Program-made: the position numbers and the translations under genes
Assembly: GCA_964459695.1 (NCBI GenBank)
Contig: CAYWNQ010000001.1
Span: forward strand, 1-47,991
From: an uncultured Halobacteriales archaeon
GTDB lineage: Archaea > Halobacteriota > Halobacteria > Halobacteriales > Haloarculaceae
Direction: 5' to 3'
DNA: 47,991 bases
Part shown: one piece after another, positions 15,779-24,346 of the stretch
Layout of the letters: each line of letters opens with the position of its first letter
How positions within the stretch are numbered: position 1 is the first letter of the stretch
The notes under the pieces: model-generated
What the model saw: only the letters and a program-made list of their open reading frames with translations
The model's database searches: none
Told to the model about the DNA's origin: nothing

Positions 15779-17151
15779 AAGCGCTGCTGGTCACCGTCGA
15801 CGCCTGGCGGTTCGACCACGCCGACTTCCTGCCCGACGGGACGGCGGTGGAGACGACGCCGCGCCTGGACGCGTTCGCCGAGGACGCCGTCGCCTTCTCG
15901 CAGGCGGTGAGCCACGGCCCGGCGACCCCCTACGCGTTTCCCGGCGTGTTCACCTCGACGCTGCCGCTGGACCACGGCGGGTACGAGACGCTCGGCGACG
16001 ACAGGACGCTCGTGACCGAGGCGCTCGCCGACGCGGGGTGGCGGTGTGCCGGCTTCCACGCGAACCCGTGGCTGGGCGAGCAGTACGGCTACGCCCGGGG
16101 CTACGAGACCTACCGGGACACCGGCGAGTTCGGTCTGCCCCTCCTCGACCGCGGGCGGACCGCCCTCATCGACCGGTTCGGGCTCGACCACCCGGTCTAC
16201 CGGACGGCCAGGCGCGTCTACCGGCACGCCCAGAAACCGCTGCGCCGGCTCACCTCCGAGGGCGGGTCGGCGGCGAGTTCGGCCCTCGGGACGGTCCGGT
16301 CGATGGACGACGAGGCGTTCGCCTGGGTGCACCTGCTCGCCCCGCACGCGCCCTACGACCCGCCCGCTCGCCACCGCGAGGCCGTGGGCGCGCCGTCGCT
16401 CGACGCCGCGGCGTCGACGCTGGTGACGAGGGCCCAGCGCGACCCCGGCGCGCTGGACCGGGCCGAGCGGACCGCGGTCGAGGCGCTCTACGCGGCCGCG
16501 GTCCGTCACGCCGACGAACAGGTCGGCGACCTGCTCGACGCGGTGGACGACGACGCGCTCGTGGTGGTGACCGCCGACCACGGGGAGGCGCTGTTCGACC
16601 ACGGGCAGGTCGGTCACGACCCGGCGCTGTACGACGAACTCCTCCGGGTGCCGCTGCTGGTCCGTCCGCCGGCCGGGACCGACCGCCGCGTCGTCGACTC
16701 GCAGGTCCGCCACGTCGACCTCGCGCCGACGATCCTCGACTACGCGGGCGTCCCGTCGCCCGACTCGTGGCGGGGGCGCTCGCTCCGCCCGTTCCTGGTC
16801 GGGGAGTGGGGGACCGACGACGGCGGGCGCCCGGCGGTCAGCGAGGTCGCGTCGACGAAGCAGACCCCCGGGCGCGTCGACGCCGATGCCCTCCAGGTCG
16901 CCGTCCGGACACCCCGCCGGAAACTCGTCGCCGACGACGACATCGTGGGCGGGGCCGACGTCGTCGGCTTCGACCTGCGGACCGACCCGGTCGAGTCCGA
17001 CCCGATCCCGGACCCCGCGGGCGCCCGCTGGGACGACCTGCGGGACAGGCTCGACCGCCGGCTCGAGGCCGTCTCGTTCGACGGTCCGGAGGTGGACCGG
17101 CGCGACGCGGCCGTCCGGGACCGCCTCGAGGACCTCGGCTACCTCGACTGA
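15775..17151 (+). CDS. sulfatase-family (alkaline-phosphatase superfamily) protein lacking an obvious formylglycine motif
   Basis: (GTG)KALLVTVDAWRFDH..SHGPATPYAFPGVFTS..VVVTADHGEALFDHGQVGH..HVDLAPTILDYAG matches the sulfatase/phosphotransferase block order. The GTGA start/stop overlap with the upstream gene lies at 15775-15778. Confidence 0.85.
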   Translation: MKALLVTVDAWRFDHADFLPDGTAVETTPRLDAFAEDAVAFSQAVSHGPATPYAFPGVFTSTLPLDHGGYETLGDDRTLVTEALADAGWRCAGFHANPWLGEQYGYARGYETYRDTGEFGLPLLDRGRTALIDRFGLDHPVYRTARRVYRHAQKPLRRLTSEGGSAASSALGTVRSMDDEAFAWVHLLAPHAPYDPPARHREAVGAPSLDAAASTLVTRAQRDPGALDRAERTAVEALYAAAVRHADEQVGDLLDAVDDDALVVVTADHGEALFDHGQVGHDPALYDELLRVPLLVRPPAGTDRRVVDSQVRHVDLAPTILDYAGVPSPDSWRGRSLRPFLVGEWGTDDGGRPAVSEVASTKQTPGRVDADALQVAVRTPRRKLVADDDIVGGADVVGFDLRTDPVESDPIPDPAGARWDDLRDRLDRRLEAVSFDGPEVDRRDAAVRDRLEDLGYLD

Positions 17152-17652
17152 GTGGACCGCATCGAGCCCCGGGAAGGGCCGCCGTCCCGGACCTCGACCG
17201 CGGTCGGGGCGGCGCCGCCGCCAGGCCGGACCTGGTCGTCGGTCAGCAGCTCCTCGACGGTCATGTAGACGACCTCCTCGTCGGCCCCGGCGAGGAAGTC
17301 CAGGACGCGGTCGGTGACGGCCGACTGCTCGGTGACGGTCCAGACGCCGCGCTGCTCGGTCCGGCGGGTCCCGGTCTCCGGCTCCTCCAGAGCGCGGCGC
17401 AACTGCGTCGCCCGGTGGGTGAACTCCCGGGGGGCGACTGGCGGACGTCGACCAGCCCTTGCTCGCGGAGCTCGTCGACGGCGTCGTACACCCGGGTCCG
17501 GGGGACCTCGGACACGCGCGCCACGTCGCGTGCCGTACCGGTGTCGAGCCCGACGAGCGTCACGAACGTGCCTGCGGCGTAGCTGCTCGGGCCGAACTCC
17601 TCGAGCTGGGTCACGGCCTCGTCGCCGGGGTCTCCGGGGCTTCGTCCGTCAT
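17139..17652 (-). pseudogene. TrmB-family regulator paralog, twice frameshifted and C-terminally truncated
   Basis: Three successive reverse frames carry the homology. The first is MTDEAPE.. (ATG comp. 17650-17652). The second is DEAVTQLEEFGPSSYAAGTFVTLVGLDTGTARDVARVSEVPRTRVYDAVDELREQGLVDVRQSPP. The third is REFTHRATQLRRALEEPETG..VWTVTEQSAVTDRVLDFLAGADEEVVYMTVEELLTDDQV. This is collinear with the intact TrmB at 17950-18750. The shifts fall in the C/G runs 17625-17630 and 17426-17434. The sugar-binding C-terminal half is absent, and the 3' end overlaps the sulfatase-like gene by 13 nt. Confidence 0.7.
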
Positions 17653-17949
17653 CTGGCTCCCTCGAACCCGGCCACGCGGGGTGACCGGACCGGGCGCGCA
17701 GCGATTGTGGTTGGGACACAAAGGTGACTGCGCGCCGGAAACCGGTAGGAGGCGGGCTGATATAACATTTTTGTGATGAACCGAGTTACAGCCGTGCCGG
17801 CGGCTGACAGCGCCGGCACCCGTGCGGTGGCGAGGACGGCGACGGTGTTATCGGTTTCGTGACGACCCTGGTGCGGTGACAACGCCTATGAGTTCCGGGA
17901 CCGTCTGTGGTCGCAGCTCCGGACCCGTTCCGGACGCAGGTTGGGACAC

Positions 17950-18750
17950 ATGAGCACGGACGAAACACTCGAAGACGCCGTCGAGACCCTCCAGCAGCTG
18001 GGCCTCAAGGAGTACGAGTCCAGGTGCTTCGTGGGGCTCTCCCGGCTCTCGACGGCCACTGCCAAGGAGCTCAGCGAGGTGACCGACGTGCCGCGGACCC
18101 GCGTCTATGACGCCATCAGGGTCCTGGAGGCCGAGGGGCTGGTCGAGGTCCAGCACTCCAGCCCCCAGAAGTTCCGTGCGGTCCCGCTCGACGAAGCGCT
18201 CTCGACCTTCCGGGCCAGCTACGAGACGCGGGTGGACCGCCTCCGGGCCACGCTCGAGGGCATCGACACCCTGGAGGGCCGCGACGACGCGTCCGCCCAG
18301 GAGGTGTGGGCGATCGCCGACGAGCGGGCCATCGCCAACCGGACGGCCGAGCTCATCGCCGACGCCGAGGAGGAGGTCGTGCTGGTCGTCGGCGACGACT
18401 CGCTGGTGACCGACGAACTCCTGAGACAGCTCCGGGCGGTCGACGACGGCGTGACGCTCCTCGTCGGGACGTACAGCTCCACCATCAGCGACCACGTCGA
18501 GTCCGAGGTCCCCCACGCGACCACGTTCGTCTCGGGGCTGGAGTGGCTGGAGTCGGGTGACCCCGCCGAACAGGTGGCCGTCGGTCGACTGCTGCTGGTC
18601 GACCGCTCGACCATCCTCCTGAGCTCCATCGTCGGCGACACCAAGCGCGAACAGGCGGTGTTCGGCACCGGGTTCGGCAACGGCCTCGTGGTCATCGCCC
18701 GGCGGCTGATGGCCCAGGGACTCGACGGGATCCGGGACCCGTCGGACTGA
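17950..18750 (+). CDS. TrmB-family sugar-responsive transcriptional regulator (full length)
   Basis: The N-terminal wHTH is MSTDETLEDAVETLQQLGLKEYESRCFVGLSRLSTATAKELSEVTDVPRTRVYDAIRVLEAEGLVEVQHSSPQKFRAVP. A coiled linker and the C-terminal TrmB effector domain follow. The start is ATG 17950 (the track begins at TTG 17941). Confidence 0.9.
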   Translation: MSTDETLEDAVETLQQLGLKEYESRCFVGLSRLSTATAKELSEVTDVPRTRVYDAIRVLEAEGLVEVQHSSPQKFRAVPLDEALSTFRASYETRVDRLRATLEGIDTLEGRDDASAQEVWAIADERAIANRTAELIADAEEEVVLVVGDDSLVTDELLRQLRAVDDGVTLLVGTYSSTISDHVESEVPHATTFVSGLEWLESGDPAEQVAVGRLLLVDRSTILLSSIVGDTKREQAVFGTGFGNGLVVIARRLMAQGLDGIRDPSD

Positions 18751-18766
18751 GGCGGTCGACGCCGCC

Positions 18767-19906
18767 CTACGACCGCGCGGGATACCAGGCCAGCCGGTGG
18801 TCGGCAACCAGCTCCACGTCGACCGGCCGACCGACCGGGAACTCGTCGGCGTGGTTGTGCATGCAGTGGAGCACGTCGCCGGTCTCGAGTTCGGCCCGGT
18901 AGACGAACGACGGGCCCGAGTACTGGCGGTGGACGATCTCGCCGTCGGCCCCGTCGCCGCTCGCGGGGACGACCCGGAGGTCGTCGGGCCGGACGAGCAC
19001 GTCCACGCGCGCGCCCTCGTAGGCGTGGAGGTCGCCGGCGATCTGGGCGTGGTCGATGGGGCCGACGCCGGTCTCGACGTGGTCGTCCCAGACGTAGCCC
19101 GAGAGGAAGCCAGCCTGGCCGAGGAACGACGCGACGAACCGCGACTCGGGGTGCTGGAACACCGTCGTCGGCTCGCCGACCTGCTCGATGTGGCCCTCGG
19201 ACATCACCGCCACCCGGTCGCTGATGGACAGCGCCTCCTCCTGGTCGTGGGTGACCGAGACGGCGGTGACGCCGGCCTCCTTGAGGATGGCGCGGACCTC
19301 CTCGCGCATCTCCACGCGCAGCCGGACGTCGAGGTTCGAGAACGGCTCGTCGAGCAGGAGGACCGCCGGTTCGGGCGCCAGCGCCCGCGCGAGCGCGACC
19401 CGCTGCTGCTGGCCGCCACTGAGCTGGTCCGGGCGGCGGTCCCGGTGGGAATCCAGCCCGACGAGGTCGAGCAGGTCGTCGACCCGCCCGGCCCGCGTCT
19501 CGGCGTCGGCGTCGCCCAGCCCGAAGCCGACGTTCTCGGCGACGGACATGTGGGGGAACAGCGCGAAGTCCTGGAACACGATGCCGACGTCGCGGTCCTC
19601 GGGCTCGCGGAACCGCCCGTCGCCGGCGACGGTCTCGCCACCGACGGCGACCGTACCCTCGGTGGGTCGCTCGAGGCCGGCCAGCAGCCGGAGGGTGGTG
19701 GTCTTCCCGCAGCCCGACGGCCCCAGGAGGGTCAGCAGCTCGCCCTCGTAGACGGAGAGCGACAGGCCCTCGACGGCGGTCTCCGGGCCGTACTCCTTCG
19801 TGACGCCGTCGAGGCCCAGGACGACGTCGCCCGCCGGCGGCTCGTCGGCGCCGCCGCTCTCGACGGACTCCGGCTCCTCCTCGGGGACTGCGTGGGTCTC
19901 AGCCAT
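18767..19906 (-). CDS. ABC transporter ATP-binding protein (FbpC/PotA/MalK-type with a C-terminal TOBE-like domain)
   Basis: Walker A is GPSGCGKTT, the Q-loop FQDFALFPHM, the signature LSGGQQQRVALARAL, Walker B LLLDEPFSNLD and the H-loop VTHDQEEA. Confidence 0.92.
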   Translation of the reverse strand: MAETHAVPEEEPESVESGGADEPPAGDVVLGLDGVTKEYGPETAVEGLSLSVYEGELLTLLGPSGCGKTTTLRLLAGLERPTEGTVAVGGETVAGDGRFREPEDRDVGIVFQDFALFPHMSVAENVGFGLGDADAETRAGRVDDLLDLVGLDSHRDRRPDQLSGGQQQRVALARALAPEPAVLLLDEPFSNLDVRLRVEMREEVRAILKEAGVTAVSVTHDQEEALSISDRVAVMSEGHIEQVGEPTTVFQHPESRFVASFLGQAGFLSGYVWDDHVETGVGPIDHAQIAGDLHAYEGARVDVLVRPDDLRVVPASGDGADGEIVHRQYSGPSFVYRAELETGDVLHCMHNHADEFPVGRPVDVELVADHRLAWYPARS

Positions 19907-20041
19907 CGTCTCCTGTCACCCGTCGGCCGGCGAGCGGGGCGGGGCTGCCGTCACGCGAATCGGGGACTCGCCGGTGGTTGGGCACCGGGGGTCCAAAGGC
20001 TGTCGGCCCGACGGCGCGGTCCCTCGCTGGTGCGTGGCTGG

Positions 20042-20575
20042 TCACGCCCCGGGCCCCCGCTGGTAGCTCGCCAGCCCGCCGGGGTGACCCTGCGGGTTCT
20101 CGATACCGACCAGCTCACCGCCGGTCGGCGAGGCGTACAGCGCGAACAGCAGCTCGTTGACCACGTGGAACCGGACGCGCTCGACGTCCGACCCCGTCGG
20201 GTCCGGGTCGGCGACGTCAGCGCCCATCTCGCGAAGGACGCCGTCCCGGGTCTCCCGGTCGAGCGTGCCGAACCGCTCGCCGTGCCACGACTCGGCGTAG
20301 GCGTCGAGGTAGTCCGCCGCCGACGCGATCCCGGTCGCGTGGTCGTGGCGCTCTGCGGCCAGCCCCCGGACGTACCGCCGGACGAACGCCTCGACGTCGT
20401 CGACGGCGTCGGGGTAGAGCACGTCGGCGGCGGCGACGAGCGTCGCGACCTGGGAGGCGGCGACCGGGCCCGGCGGGTCGTCGCCGTCGAGTGCGAGCTG
20501 GGCCGCGGACCCGCCGCCGACGGCCACGCCGGTGGTTGCCAGGGCGGCCACCGCGTCCCGTCGCGTCAGCTCCAT
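20042..20575 (-). CDS. gluconate 2-dehydrogenase subunit 3-family protein (Tat signal); no GMC oxidoreductase partner nearby
   Basis: The Tat-like leader is MELTRRDAVAALATTGVAVGGG. The C-terminal block is RVRFHVVNELLFALYASPTGGELVGIENPQGHPGG, which I recall as typical of this family. Confidence 0.7.
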   Translation of the reverse strand: MELTRRDAVAALATTGVAVGGGSAAQLALDGDDPPGPVAASQVATLVAAADVLYPDAVDDVEAFVRRYVRGLAAERHDHATGIASAADYLDAYAESWHGERFGTLDRETRDGVLREMGADVADPDPTGSDVERVRFHVVNELLFALYASPTGGELVGIENPQGHPGGLASYQRGPGA

Positions 20576-20586
20576 CCTTCCTCCGA

Positions 20587-20602
20587 TTTAGGAGGGCCTA
20601 AA
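20587..20602. promoter_or_regulatory. TTTAGG-AGGG-CCTAAA palindrome (TATA-like) upstream of 20042-20575
   Basis: A perfect 6+6 palindrome with a 4-nt spacer. On the coding (minus) strand the TTTAGG half spans -27 to -22 relative to the ATG at 20575. Confidence 0.55.
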
Positions 20603-20603
20603 C

Positions 20604-22619
20604 TTAGGGGTTGGGTTCGCGGGCCGACAGCGCCGTCCGGACGAACACCCCCTCGGGGGCGGTCGCCGGGACGTGGGTCGCGGCCCCGCCACAGGCCCGG
20701 ACGTTCCGGCAGCGCTCGACGCGGGGCGACAGCGCCCGGACCGTCCCGTCGCCGGCCCGGACCGGGAGGTCGAACCGGTAGGCGAAGCCGCCACCGCCCG
20801 CGTAGTCGACGAAGACCGTCAGCCGGACCGTGTCCCGGCCGTCGACGGCGAGCGTCCGGTCGCCCACCGGCCGGACGTCGCCCGAGGCCCGGACCGACGA
20901 GGCGGTGACGTCGAGGTCGACGGCGACCTCGTCGGTGACGTTCGGCGCCACGTAGTAGGCGCTCCCGTCGTCGGTCGCGACGCGGAGGGTGACGCCGACG
21001 GCGCCGTCGGGGACGCCGACGGTGGTCGCCAGCCGGACCCGCTCGCCGGTGACGTCCCGGATACGCTGGAGCCGGGCGGCGTCCGGGGAGCCGGCGGCCG
21101 GTGCCCAGACACCCCGGTAGCCGTAGCGGTACAGCCGGCGGTCCGGGAACGCGTCGGCGACGGCGAACGGTCGGTCGTGGAGGGCGTAGACGGCCCGGCC
21201 GTCGTAGCCGGGGTCGTTGCGGAGCTCCTGGAACGGGTGGTTGAGCCAGTCGCCGTAGGGGTCGGGCACGAGGACGACCGAGTCCGCCGGCGGTCCGCCC
21301 GCGAACGGCTCGTAGGCGTCCTCGTAGGTGCGTGTCACCGCCATGTTCTCGTCGACCCGCCGGTCGAGGTCGGTGGCGGTGACGGCCCCGACGGCGCAGG
21401 TGCCCGACACGAGCACCACCGCCAGCGCCACCCTGGCGTGGCGGCGATCGAGCCGGGTGTCGAGGGCGCGGCGGGCGGAGTCGGCGAGCCAGAGCGCCCC
21501 CGTCGCGGCGAACACCGCCGTCGGGACCAGGAGGTCGAAGTGGTAGTAGGGCCCGAACGCCGCGACCAGCCCGTCGCCGGCGGCGTCGAGATCGCCCAGG
21601 ATATTGTAGTTTCCCCAGAACAGCAGGTTGCCGGCGGGAACGGTGACGAACAGGCCGGCCAGCGCCGCCGTCCGGTCGTCCAACCCGCGACGGACCGCGA
21701 GGCCGAGCCCCACCGCCGCGAGCAGGGTCCCGAGGACGCCACCCGCCACCCACTCGGTGAACAGCAGTTCGAGCACCGCCCGGTTGGCACGGAGCGCCAG
21801 CTCGGGCGTGTAGTCGACCCCGTGGCCCAGCAGCGCCCGGTGGCCGAAGCCGATGCCGTCGCGGGGCCCGAACGCCCGGTAGGGGAACAGCCAGGCCGAC
21901 CCCGTCACGACGGCGTTGTACCCCAGCGCGACGCCGACGCCGGCCAGCCCCACCGCCGCCGTCACCGCCTGCCGGGGCAGCACCGTCCGCGGCGCCCGTG
22001 CGATCGTCCAGCACGCGTGGGCGACGAACGGCGACGCGAACAGGACGGCGGTGAACGGCCGCGCGAAGAACGCCAGCCCGGCCCCGGCGCCGGCCACCGC
22101 CGCCCACCGGCGGTCGTCGGTCCGGTCGGCCCGGAGGTAGCCGTACGCGAAGACGAGGTTCAGCAGCGTGGTCGGCGCGTACGGTAGGAACACCGACGAG
22201 TCGACGAGGAACAGCGGCGACGCGAGCACGAACGCGCCGGCGAGCAGGCCGGTCCGGCGGTCGAACAGCGCCCGGCCGACGCCGACGACCAGCGCGACGT
22301 TCGCCGCGGCGATGCCGACCAGCGCCAGCCGGTAGCCGCCGGCGAGCCGCCCGAGCGCGAACATCGCGGCGGGGACGGGCGCGTACTTCGGATAGAGCCG
22401 GTCGCCGGCATCGACGAAGAACCACGGCCGGAACGCGTCCTCCAGCGGCGGCCGGAGGGAAAACTGGCCCTCCAGGAGCATCGCGGCCTGCTGGAGGTAC
22501 ACCGCCTCGTCGTGGTTCGCCGAGTGGTACGGGAACACCTGGGTCGCGACGACCCAGACGGTGACCGCGCCGGCGACCGACAGCGCGGCGGTCGCGACCC
22601 GGTACGTCCGGCGCTCCAT
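20604..22619 (-). CDS. GT-C fold glycosyltransferase (ArnT/PMT, GT39/GT83-like) polytopic membrane protein
   Basis: 671 aa with at least 10 hydrophobic helices. An acidic first-loop motif (HSANHDEAVYLQQAAML) is typical of lipid-phosphate-sugar-dependent GT-C enzymes. The C-terminal ~250 aa are soluble. Confidence 0.8.
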   Translation of the reverse strand: MERRTYRVATAALSVAGAVTVWVVATQVFPYHSANHDEAVYLQQAAMLLEGQFSLRPPLEDAFRPWFFVDAGDRLYPKYAPVPAAMFALGRLAGGYRLALVGIAAANVALVVGVGRALFDRRTGLLAGAFVLASPLFLVDSSVFLPYAPTTLLNLVFAYGYLRADRTDDRRWAAVAGAGAGLAFFARPFTAVLFASPFVAHACWTIARAPRTVLPRQAVTAAVGLAGVGVALGYNAVVTGSAWLFPYRAFGPRDGIGFGHRALLGHGVDYTPELALRANRAVLELLFTEWVAGGVLGTLLAAVGLGLAVRRGLDDRTAALAGLFVTVPAGNLLFWGNYNILGDLDAAGDGLVAAFGPYYHFDLLVPTAVFAATGALWLADSARRALDTRLDRRHARVALAVVLVSGTCAVGAVTATDLDRRVDENMAVTRTYEDAYEPFAGGPPADSVVLVPDPYGDWLNHPFQELRNDPGYDGRAVYALHDRPFAVADAFPDRRLYRYGYRGVWAPAAGSPDAARLQRIRDVTGERVRLATTVGVPDGAVGVTLRVATDDGSAYYVAPNVTDEVAVDLDVTASSVRASGDVRPVGDRTLAVDGRDTVRLTVFVDYAGGGGFAYRFDLPVRAGDGTVRALSPRVERCRNVRACGGAATHVPATAPEGVFVRTALSAREPNP

Positions 22620-22720
22620 CTCAGCGACGCACCGTGTTCAGCCAGCCGTGGGGCGGCAGGGCCCGGCTGCGCACAGGCCCGTCGTCCCCGGCCGGCGGCT
22701 CATCTCCGGCCCGCGGGTCC

Positions 22721-24343
22721 TCACTGGCCGACACTCCGACCTCCCTCCCCTGCCAGGATGACGCCCATCGAGAGCCCGGAGACCACCACGAGGACCAGCG
22801 CGGGGACGGCGGCCTGGCCGTAGAGGCCAGCCTCCTGGACGCGCCAGATGTAGGTCACCAGCGTGTCGAACCGCAGCGGCCGTAGCAGCAGCGTCGCCGG
22901 TAGCTCCTTCATCGTGGTGAGGAACACCAGCGCGGCACCCGTCGCGACGCCCGGGAGGATGAGCGGCAGCGTTATCGACCGGAACGCCCGGAGTCGCGAG
23001 CGCCCGAGGGTGCGCGCGGCCTCGACCAGGCGGTCGTCGACCTGGAGGGTCGACGAGCGGATGGACCCGATGGCCTGGGGCATGAACCGGACGACGTAGG
23101 CGAACACGAGCAGCGGCAGGGTCTTGTACAGCGCCGGGACGACGTCGAGGCTGAAGCTCACCAGCGCGATGGCCAGCACGATGCCGGGCGTCGCGTAGCC
23201 GACGTACGGGGCGCGGTCGGCGAGCCACGCGAGCCGCGAGCCCGAGACCGCCGACCGCACCGCGATGGGGAGCGCGACGACGACCGCGGCCCCGGCGGCC
23301 AGCAGCGCGACGTACACCGAGTGCCAGCCGTAGAGCCAGGAGAACTCCATCGTGCCGGTGGCGTAGCCGGGCCCGGTCCGCACGAGCCACATGCCGAATA
23401 TGCCGATGGGCAGCAGGATGGCCACCAGCCCGACCGCCGCCGGGAGCGCCACCGCGGCGTACCGCCACCGGCCGAGCGAGAGCGTGGCGCGCCCGCGCGT
23501 CCCGCGGCCGCCGTAGGCGTCGGACTCGTCGATGCCGATGCGGGACTCGATGGCCAGGATCACCGCGGTGACGGCGAACAGCTGGAGCGACAGCAGCGCC
23601 GCGTAGTCGCCCATGAACGCCTCGTTCCGGGCGTAGATGAACTGGGTGAACACCTCCACGCGCATGATGTTGGGGGTGCCGAAGTCCGACAGCGTGTAGA
23701 GGGCGACCAGCAGCGCGCCCGCGGTGACGCCCGGCGTGATCTGGGGCAGGACGACCCGGCGGAACGCCTCCCATCGCCCGGAGTCCAGCGTCCGGGCCGC
23801 CTCGACGAGCGAGGCGTCCAGCGACAGGAGCGACGCGCGCGTCGTGAGGTAGACGTACGGATAGGTGTACAGCGTCAGGACCAGTGCGGCGCCGCCGAAG
23901 CCGTAGATGGTCGGCACCCGCTCGATGCCCAGCGGCGCGAGCGCCGAGGCGAGGACGCCGCGTGGCCCGAACGCCGAGACCGCCGCGAACGCACCGAGGT
24001 AGCTCGGGATGGCCAGCGGCAGCGCGGCGACGACGGTCCACAGGCGCCTGAACGGGATGGCGACCTGGACCGTGACGATGGCCAGCGGGACGCCCACCAG
24101 GACGCTGGCGACCGTCACGACCGCCACCAGGGCGACGCTGCGCGCGAGCACCTCGAGCGTCGTCGGGGCCACGGCGAGGTCCAGCGCCCGGGGCCCCAGC
24201 CCGAGGGCGTCGACGACGAGCCACCCCAGCGGCGCGACCACGGCGGCCGCGATGGCCGCCGCCAGCAGCGTCAGGCCGGTGTCCGTCGCCGACGCTCCCG
24301 GGAGCCGGCGACCGACCGCCTCGACCAGGTCCTGGCGTCCCAT
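22721..24343 (-). CDS. ABC transporter permease, duplicated two-domain type (FbpB/ThiP-like)
   Basis: 540 aa with two repeats of the binding-protein-dependent permease fold, each with an EAA-like loop (LVEAARTLDSGRWEAFRRVVLP and LVEAARTLGRSRLRAFRSITLP). Confidence 0.9.
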   Translation of the reverse strand: MGRQDLVEAVGRRLPGASATDTGLTLLAAAIAAAVVAPLGWLVVDALGLGPRALDLAVAPTTLEVLARSVALVAVVTVASVLVGVPLAIVTVQVAIPFRRLWTVVAALPLAIPSYLGAFAAVSAFGPRGVLASALAPLGIERVPTIYGFGGAALVLTLYTYPYVYLTTRASLLSLDASLVEAARTLDSGRWEAFRRVVLPQITPGVTAGALLVALYTLSDFGTPNIMRVEVFTQFIYARNEAFMGDYAALLSLQLFAVTAVILAIESRIGIDESDAYGGRGTRGRATLSLGRWRYAAVALPAAVGLVAILLPIGIFGMWLVRTGPGYATGTMEFSWLYGWHSVYVALLAAGAAVVVALPIAVRSAVSGSRLAWLADRAPYVGYATPGIVLAIALVSFSLDVVPALYKTLPLLVFAYVVRFMPQAIGSIRSSTLQVDDRLVEAARTLGRSRLRAFRSITLPLILPGVATGAALVFLTTMKELPATLLLRPLRFDTLVTYIWRVQEAGLYGQAAVPALVLVVVSGLSMGVILAGEGGRSVGQ

Positions 24344-24346
24344 GCC

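Larger units (their letters stand above)
5214..17235. mobile_element. putative ~12-kb integrase-linked accessory island (surface-glycosylation genes); boundaries approximate
   Basis: The integrase sits at the left end. The region carries low-GC patches (6761-7296, ~8000-8200, ~9400-9700), decayed or orphan ORFs and atypical codons (aga aga tca ttt at 9660-9671). The right end abuts a truncated TrmB pseudogene. Core housekeeping genes flank both sides. Confidence 0.45.
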
